Positions 58,349 to 64,000 of a DNA stretch of 64,000 bases are shown piece by piece (the first letter of the stretch is position 1; each line of letters begins with the position of its first letter). This stretch comes from an uncultured Gammaproteobacteria bacterium. GTDB lineage: Bacteria > Patescibacteriota > Patescibacteriia > SG8-24. The position numbers and the translations under genes are program-made. Below the pieces are notes generated by a model. It saw nothing but the letters and a program-made list of their open reading frames with translations. It was not told the origin of the DNA and searched no databases. The DNA lies in the NCBI GenBank assembly GCA_964491475.1, contig CAZBFO010000003.1, forward strand, positions 253,293 to 317,292, in the 5' to 3' direction.

Positions 58349-59185
58349 GTGACGAATACCTATCAGCGTGAAGTGTTCCGCGACGACGCGGGGTTCGTGA
58401 TTCGTTCGTTGGCTGCAGATACCAAGCTGGTGATCGGACCGGAGGACGCCATCCTCCATGTCGACATCCAGACAGCCTTCATGACCGACCACGTCCGCGA
58501 TGGCAAGACCATCAGCGGTGGCGGCCTGGGCGTTCCGGGCGGGCACTGCGTCGTCGACGTGGCCCTGCGCAACAGCTCGTTCTTCACGGACGGGCAGCGC
58601 TACTTCAGCCTCGACCGGCATCCGGAAGGGCACGTGGGCGACGTCAACTCGTACGAAGGCTTGGCGCCGTTCACCGACCTCACCGTCGACATGGTTACGG
58701 CCTGGCCGGACGGCAGCCGCATCGTCAGCCCGCACTTCGACCGCGAGTACCTGCTGCGGTATCTGGCCAGCACCCCGACGCACAGGCAGACGCTGTGGCC
58801 GAAGCATGCGCGCAGGGGAACGGCGGAGACCGAACGGCATCCGGCCATGCGGCACCTCACGTGCATGCGCACGCTCGTCAAGGGGCAAGACCCGCGGGTG
58901 GACAGCTACTCGCCGTTCCAGGACAACATCGGTCGTTCGACCGGTCTGGGACAGGAGATGAGAGCCGACGGCGTGAAGCGGCTGTTCATCGACGGCCTCG
59001 CCTACAACGTCTGCGTCGGTCACGCCGCCATCGACGCGTATCTGCTGTTCGGCTTCGAGACCTTTGTCATCAAAGACGCCACGCGGTCGGTGCAGATTCC
59101 CGGCCTCGAGGTGCAGATGGACAACGACCTGGGCCTGTGCCCCGGCGTGCACATCATCACCTCGGACATGTTGGCGTCGGCCTAG
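58349..59185 (+). CDS. pncA: Nicotinamidase (isochorismatase family)
   Basis: VDIQ, GGLGVPGG, DRHPEGH, WPKH, KGQD..VDSYSPF, GLAYNVCV (D-K-C triad). Confidence 0.9.
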   Translation: MTNTYQREVFRDDAGFVIRSLAADTKLVIGPEDAILHVDIQTAFMTDHVRDGKTISGGGLGVPGGHCVVDVALRNSSFFTDGQRYFSLDRHPEGHVGDVNSYEGLAPFTDLTVDMVTAWPDGSRIVSPHFDREYLLRYLASTPTHRQTLWPKHARRGTAETERHPAMRHLTCMRTLVKGQDPRVDSYSPFQDNIGRSTGLGQEMRADGVKRLFIDGLAYNVCVGHAAIDAYLLFGFETFVIKDATRSVQIPGLEVQMDNDLGLCPGVHIITSDMLASA

Positions 59186-59375
59186 TTCCTTTCGTTGGTG
59201 CGGAGCACGTCGGTTTTTTGCCGACGCGCTCCGCGATCTTTTTCTTCCGCTGCCCGCGCTTCGGTTCGCAGCATGCCATGGCGCTCATCTTGCATGAGCG
59301 TCGCGGCGTGCCTCGAGATACGCTCGGGCGCAAGGTCATTGCATTTTCGGAAACAGCTACGACAAGGAGGCAGTC

Positions 59376-60791
59376 ATGCCGAAACGCGTCGCCATCTACG
59401 GCGGAAGTTTCAATCCGCCGGCGCATCATCGCGGCGTGGTGGAACGGGTGATGCAGCCTGCCTGCAGGCCCCGCATCGACGAACTGGTGGTGGTGCCTTG
59501 CGGCCCGCGACCGGACAAGCTCAAGAACGACGACACCGATCCGGCACACCGCGCCGCGATGTGCGACATCGCCTTTCGCGGGCTGAAGAACGTGCGCTTG
59601 GACCTGTTCGATCTCGAGAACAACGTCTTCACCAGACAGCTGGAGCTGCAGGAACGCTACGCAGCCGATGGAACCGAGGTATGGCACGTCGTCGGGGCCG
59701 ACCTGGTGAAGGGCGGCGCAAAGGGCGAGTCCGACATCCAGAAGAAGTGGACCCGCGGCGCCGAAGTGTGGGAGAACCTGAACTTCATCGTGGTGCGGCG
59801 TGAGGGGTATCCTCTCGATGATGCTGACCTGCCGCCGCGCTGCGAGATTGTCGGCGTGCAGGATGGCGACGGTGTGGATCGGGTTTCGGGGGCGAGCTCG
59901 AAGATTCGGCTAATGATTTACGATCGGGAGCCGTACAAGCATCTGGTGTCGTCAGAGATTCACGACTACATCGAGCGGTACAACTTGTATCGAGGAGCTC
60001 GCGTTGCAAAGACCACCTCCCTCAAGCTGCCTTCGCCGCGCCCGTTCTTCGTCATCGACGTTGGCAATCCCAAGGCCGAGGCGCTGGCGGCGAAGTACGG
60101 CGCCGCCGGAATCGGCGTCGATGAGGAGCGAGCCAACTGCATCGTCTCCGTCGGCGGCGACGGGCACATGCTGCGTACGGTGCGTCAGCACTGGCGGCGG
60201 CGGTTGCCGTTCGTGGGCATCAACGCCGGGCACGTGGGCTACCTGCTCAACGACCAGCAATTGTTCGGCGACCTGCCGGAGCTGCTGGCCGACCTGCGCG
60301 TGCATCTGCTCACGCAGCTGTCGGTCGAGGCGGAGGACTTGGACGGCAACGTCTCGCACCACTACGGGTTCAACGACGCCTGGGTGCGCGACACCGGACA
60401 AGCCGCCTGGCTCGATGTCACCGTGAATGGTCGCGTAGGCCGCATCATCGGCGACGGCGCGCTGGTCTCTACGCCTGCCGGCTCAACCGGTTATGCGTGG
60501 TCGATGGGAGCGCATCCCATTCTCGTCGACGGCGACGAGATTCTGCTGGTGGGCAACAACGTCTGTCGGCCGAGAGGCTGGCAGTTCATGCGACTGCCAA
60601 AGCACACCGTTATCGAACTGGTCGCCGACGGCGGCGACAAGCGCAAAGTCAGCGGATACGTCGACGGCATGCCGCTGGGCTTCGTTCGGAGGATGCGCTG
60701 CACCTCCAGCAAGATCGCTTCGGTCGAGCTGGCCTTCTCGCCGCAACGCGACTTGGCGGCCAAGTTGAGCGACCAGATGTTTCCGGAGTGA
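59376..60791 (+). CDS. Fusion of a NadD-like nucleotidyltransferase and NAD kinase
   Basis: N-terminal YGGSFNPP, VVGADL, SSKIR, YIERYNLY; C-terminal GGDG, GINAGHVGYL, ND, GDGALVSTPAGSTGY. Confidence 0.9.
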   Translation: MPKRVAIYGGSFNPPAHHRGVVERVMQPACRPRIDELVVVPCGPRPDKLKNDDTDPAHRAAMCDIAFRGLKNVRLDLFDLENNVFTRQLELQERYAADGTEVWHVVGADLVKGGAKGESDIQKKWTRGAEVWENLNFIVVRREGYPLDDADLPPRCEIVGVQDGDGVDRVSGASSKIRLMIYDREPYKHLVSSEIHDYIERYNLYRGARVAKTTSLKLPSPRPFFVIDVGNPKAEALAAKYGAAGIGVDEERANCIVSVGGDGHMLRTVRQHWRRRLPFVGINAGHVGYLLNDQQLFGDLPELLADLRVHLLTQLSVEAEDLDGNVSHHYGFNDAWVRDTGQAAWLDVTVNGRVGRIIGDGALVSTPAGSTGYAWSMGAHPILVDGDEILLVGNNVCRPRGWQFMRLPKHTVIELVADGGDKRKVSGYVDGMPLGFVRRMRCTSSKIASVELAFSPQRDLAAKLSDQMFPE

Positions 60792-60886
60792 GCCGCGCGG
60801 GCAAGCGATCGCTTGCCCCCTTTCTTCCGACGACGAAACCTTTCGTCTGCGGAAGATCGGACCGTTCCTTCCAAAAGGGGGACAAC

Positions 60887-61624
60887 ATGGAAAAGAAAGT
60901 CAGCAGCGTGGGAGCGCTGCGCCCCAGCTACGAGCTGGAAGACATCAGGCTGGAACGGCGCGGCTACCTGTCGCTGTTCAGCTATCACGTCGACGGGTTC
61001 GCGCACCGCTTCGAAGTGCTCGATCGCGGGCAGGACGCCGTCATCGTGCTGCCGGTCGATTGGCAGCGGCGGGTGCTGTACCTGATCCGCCAACCGCGCC
61101 CCAACAAGGCGCTGGCGTCGGCCGTCGGCCGCTCCGCTTTGGACACGGCGCGGACCGACCGTTATGTCAGGTTTTGCGCCTCGGACGCCGACGTGCACAC
61201 GCTCGATTCGCCGGCAGGCATGATCGACGGCAAGGAAACTCCCGTCGACGCCGCGATACGCGAAACGTTGGAAGAAACGGGCTTCGTCATCTCCGCCGAA
61301 TCGTTGGCGCAGGTGTCGAGGCACTTCACTTCCACCGGCTGCTCCACCGAGCGGCACGTCTGCTGCTTGGCCTCCGTAACCAAGGACACCGAGCGGCGGC
61401 AGCCGGAAGGCGACGGCGACGAGCACATCGTCACCATCGAAGTGCCCTTCGACGAGGCCTTCGCCATGCTCGACGAGATGCGCGTGGAGCAGTCCACGCT
61501 GGCGGTGCTGCTGCGCGAGGTCAAGCTCCGCGAGCAGGCTCGTGCCATCGCCGAACTGGAATCGCGTTTGCGCGACCAGGCGCTGACCATTCGGCACCTG
61601 ACCGACATGGACGACGGCTTTTGA
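60887..61624 (+). CDS. Nudix hydrolase, ADP-ribose pyrophosphatase-like
   Basis: LIRQPR, PAGMIDGKETPVDAAIRETLEETG, STGCSTE, DEHI. Confidence 0.85.
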   Translation: MEKKVSSVGALRPSYELEDIRLERRGYLSLFSYHVDGFAHRFEVLDRGQDAVIVLPVDWQRRVLYLIRQPRPNKALASAVGRSALDTARTDRYVRFCASDADVHTLDSPAGMIDGKETPVDAAIRETLEETGFVISAESLAQVSRHFTSTGCSTERHVCCLASVTKDTERRQPEGDGDEHIVTIEVPFDEAFAMLDEMRVEQSTLAVLLREVKLREQARAIAELESRLRDQALTIRHLTDMDDGF

Positions 61625-61729
61625 CCGCCGACTTCGATTCCCCGGCAAGCTTCCCGCTTGCCCTTCTTCTTCCGCTCACGACTTCCGGTCGTGCGCGGAA
61701 ATCAGAAGGTTCTTTCCACGGAGGCGTTC

Positions 61730-62989
61730 GTGCCCATCATCACGTCATTGCTCGAGGTCGATTTCTACAAGTTCACGATGGCCCAGGTCATCCGCAGGCA
61801 CCATGCCGGCGTGCAGGTCCGGTTCGCCTTCAAGAATCGCAGCAGCAAGACCGACCTGATCGCAAAAGTGGTCGACATCGGCCGGCTGCGCGAGGAGCTG
61901 GAGCATGCGCGCAGCCTGCGGCTGACTCCCGAGGAGATCGACTATCTCCGGCACTGCCCCGGCTATCCCGCCGGGCTGTTCTCCGAGGAGTTTCTCGGGT
62001 TCTTGTCCGAGTTGCGGCTGCCGCCCATTGAGGTCGGCATGCGCGACGGCGAGATCAGCGTCGAGGCGACCGGCGATTGGGAGAGCGTCACCTTCTGGGA
62101 GACGATCGTCCTGAACGTGGTCAACGAGCTGTACTACGACGGCCTGCGCCAACGCGACGGCACGCAAGCCGCCATCGACGATGCCGCCTGGGACCTCCTC
62201 TATCACCCCTTCTGGGATGACGGGCGTCACAAGCTGCGGCAGAAGATCGAGCGCGTCAGGCAGATGCCGTCGGCGCGGATCATCGATTTCGGCAACCGCC
62301 GGCACCACAGCGCCTGGTGGCACGGCGAAGTGCTCAAGGAGCTGGTCAAGGGACTGCCCGGACAGCTGCTCGGCACCTCCTGCGTGCGCCTGGCGAAGAA
62401 GCACGGCATCAAGCCGATCGGCACCTTCGCGCATGAGATGTACATGTGCTATGCCGCGCTCGCGCCGACGTACGACGAGATGGTCCGCTCTCACGCCAAG
62501 GTCCTGAAGGACTGGCGCGAGACGTACGGCGACGAACTGTCCGTCGCGCTGACCGACACCTTCGGCAGCGGATTCTTCTTCCGCTGCATGACCGAGCGGA
62601 TGGCCAAGGACTGGCAGTGGCTGCGCCACGACTCCGGAAGTCCCTACGACTTCGGCGAGCGCGCCATCGGCTTCTACGGGGCGCACGGCATCGATCCCGC
62701 CACCAAGGGCATCGTCTTCAGCGACGGGCTGACGGTCGAGGTCATCGAGAAACTGGTCGCCCAGTTCGACGGTCGCATCAAGTTGGCCTTCGGATGGGGG
62801 ACGGACCTCACCAACGACCTCGGCTACCGGCCGCTGTCGCTGGTGATGAAGGCGGTTGAGGCGGACGGGTACGAGACGGTGAAGCTGTCCGACAATCCCG
62901 CCAAGGCGACGGGCTCGGCGGGCGTCATCAACCTTTACAAACGCCTCTTCCAGTACGAGGAAGGGGAGCGGGAGGAATGCACGTTCTAG
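61730..62989 (+). CDS. pncB: Nicotinate phosphoribosyltransferase
   Basis: GGAGG SD plus GTG; SLLEVDFYKFTM, DFGNRR, GTFAHE, LTDTF, RHDSG, FSDGL, GWGTDLTND, KLSDNPAK. Confidence 0.93.
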   Translation: MPIITSLLEVDFYKFTMAQVIRRHHAGVQVRFAFKNRSSKTDLIAKVVDIGRLREELEHARSLRLTPEEIDYLRHCPGYPAGLFSEEFLGFLSELRLPPIEVGMRDGEISVEATGDWESVTFWETIVLNVVNELYYDGLRQRDGTQAAIDDAAWDLLYHPFWDDGRHKLRQKIERVRQMPSARIIDFGNRRHHSAWWHGEVLKELVKGLPGQLLGTSCVRLAKKHGIKPIGTFAHEMYMCYAALAPTYDEMVRSHAKVLKDWRETYGDELSVALTDTFGSGFFFRCMTERMAKDWQWLRHDSGSPYDFGERAIGFYGAHGIDPATKGIVFSDGLTVEVIEKLVAQFDGRIKLAFGWGTDLTNDLGYRPLSLVMKAVEADGYETVKLSDNPAKATGSAGVINLYKRLFQYEEGEREECTF

Positions 62990-63091
62990 TCGCGTGCGAT
63001 TCGGTCGCGGTCCTCTTGGACCGCCCTTTTCTGGGGAAGCCGAGGCAACTCGGCTGTCCCATCCGAAGGATGTTCTTTGCAAGAGGAGCGA

Positions 63092-64000
63092 ATGATGTTG
63101 ACCGGCAGCTACGAGTCCGTGCTGTTCGTCGGCACCGGCGGCGGCAACGACGTTTTTTCGACGGTGTTGGCGTCGCACTGTTTGCGCGAATACGGGGTCC
63201 GCTGGGGACGCAGCGCCATCGCGGGCGTGGTCAGCCCGTTTCACCGTCATGAGCTGGGGAGCACCGTGTTTCCCGGCGTCGGGCTGGTGACGCCCACTTC
63301 CGTGCGGCGGCTTTCACGACGCGGCGACTTGCGCGAGATCGGCTTCGTCGACGCTCGCGTGTCGCAGCTGGTGCGCCGCGGCAGGATCATGACCGACTGC
63401 GTCTACGCGCTCTCGCTGGAGCGCGGCGCCGAAGGCATGGCCGAGTCGTTCGCTGCGCTTGCCAGGGAGTTCGAGCTGATCGTGCTGGTCGACGTCGGGG
63501 GAGACATCTTCTTTGACGGCGAGGACCCGCACGTCATCAGCCCGATGTTCGACGCCATGACGCTGCGCGGCTTCACCGACAGCGGCGCCAAGGGGGTGCT
63601 GTTCGAAGCCGGTCCGGGAACGGACGGCGAGATCGAACCGGAATCGCTGGTCTGCGCGCTGGATCACAGCGGCGGCCTGGCCGACGCGCACCCGATCCCG
63701 CTTGACGCGATGACCCGCTGGGCCGCGCTTTACGGGGAGCACGTCGCCCCGGTCCGTCCCGGCAACACCGTGCCGCGGACCATCGAGGCGTACTGCTCGT
63801 CGGAGCCGGTGCTCACGGTGCCGCACCGCCTGCGCGCGCACCTCGGCGACGTGCGGTGTCACGTGACCTTCACGCAGCGGATCGTCACCGACCTGTGCAA
63901 GAAGTTCTACCTGGTCGACCCCAAGCGCGTGCTCAACCCGTTCGCGGTGCCGTGCGACAGTCCGGCCAAGTGGTTCTGGCTGACGCAGGTGCTGTGGGGA
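63092..64000 (+). CDS. DUF1152-family protein, 3'-truncated by window edge (absent from the ORF track)
   Basis: Hand translation: MMLTGSYESVLFVGTGGGNDVFS...LIVLVDVGGDIFFDGEDPHVISPMFDAMTL...GPGTDGEI; GAGGAG SD. Confidence 0.78.
   Translation, partial: MMLTGSYESVLFVGTGGGNDVFSTVLASHCLREYGVRWGRSAIAGVVSPFHRHELGSTVFPGVGLVTPTSVRRLSRRGDLREIGFVDARVSQLVRRGRIMTDCVYALSLERGAEGMAESFAALAREFELIVLVDVGGDIFFDGEDPHVISPMFDAMTLRGFTDSGAKGVLFEAGPGTDGEIEPESLVCALDHSGGLADAHPIPLDAMTRWAALYGEHVAPVRPGNTVPRTIEAYCSSEPVLTVPHRLRAHLGDVRCHVTFTQRIVTDLCKKFYLVDPKRVLNPFAVPCDSPAKWFWLTQVLWG

Overview
A 64-kb high-GC bacterial chromosome segment with standard genetic code (TGA used as stop). It is most consistent with a Patescibacteria/CPR genome (Parcubacteria/ABY1-like). 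That assignment is inferred from the murC-murB-hpf-secA neighbourhood, a SecA NBD1 insertion, CPR-style giant fibre and surface proteins, and many small hypotheticals. In order: murC, murB, hpf, a truncated ORF6N gene with a perfect 35-bp intragenic palindrome, and secA; a run of house-cleaning enzymes (two Nudix, EEP, VOC, YjjX, HAD), a broken VanX/DdpX gene and an APC permease; an orphan promoter-to-terminator unit of about 300 nt with two copies of a structured RNA motif; two tandem S41 proteases; a Helicobacter-type malate:quinone oxidoreductase; a 16.7-kb gene for a mosaic fibre/adhesin of about 5,550 aa followed by surface proteins; msrA; an S-layer-like protein; a probably inactive trypsin, a C39 peptidase, RlmI, a TPR protein and PBP1A; a second orphan short transcript; a thermonuclease; a HEAT/methyltransferase-like gene, an IMPase-family gene and a pair of unknown paralogues; and an NAD salvage cluster (nrtR with a visible operator, pncA, a NadD-NadK fusion, Nudix, pncB, DUF1152). 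No rRNA, tRNA, CRISPR array, integrase or transposase was seen. All family calls come from motif recognition, not database searches.
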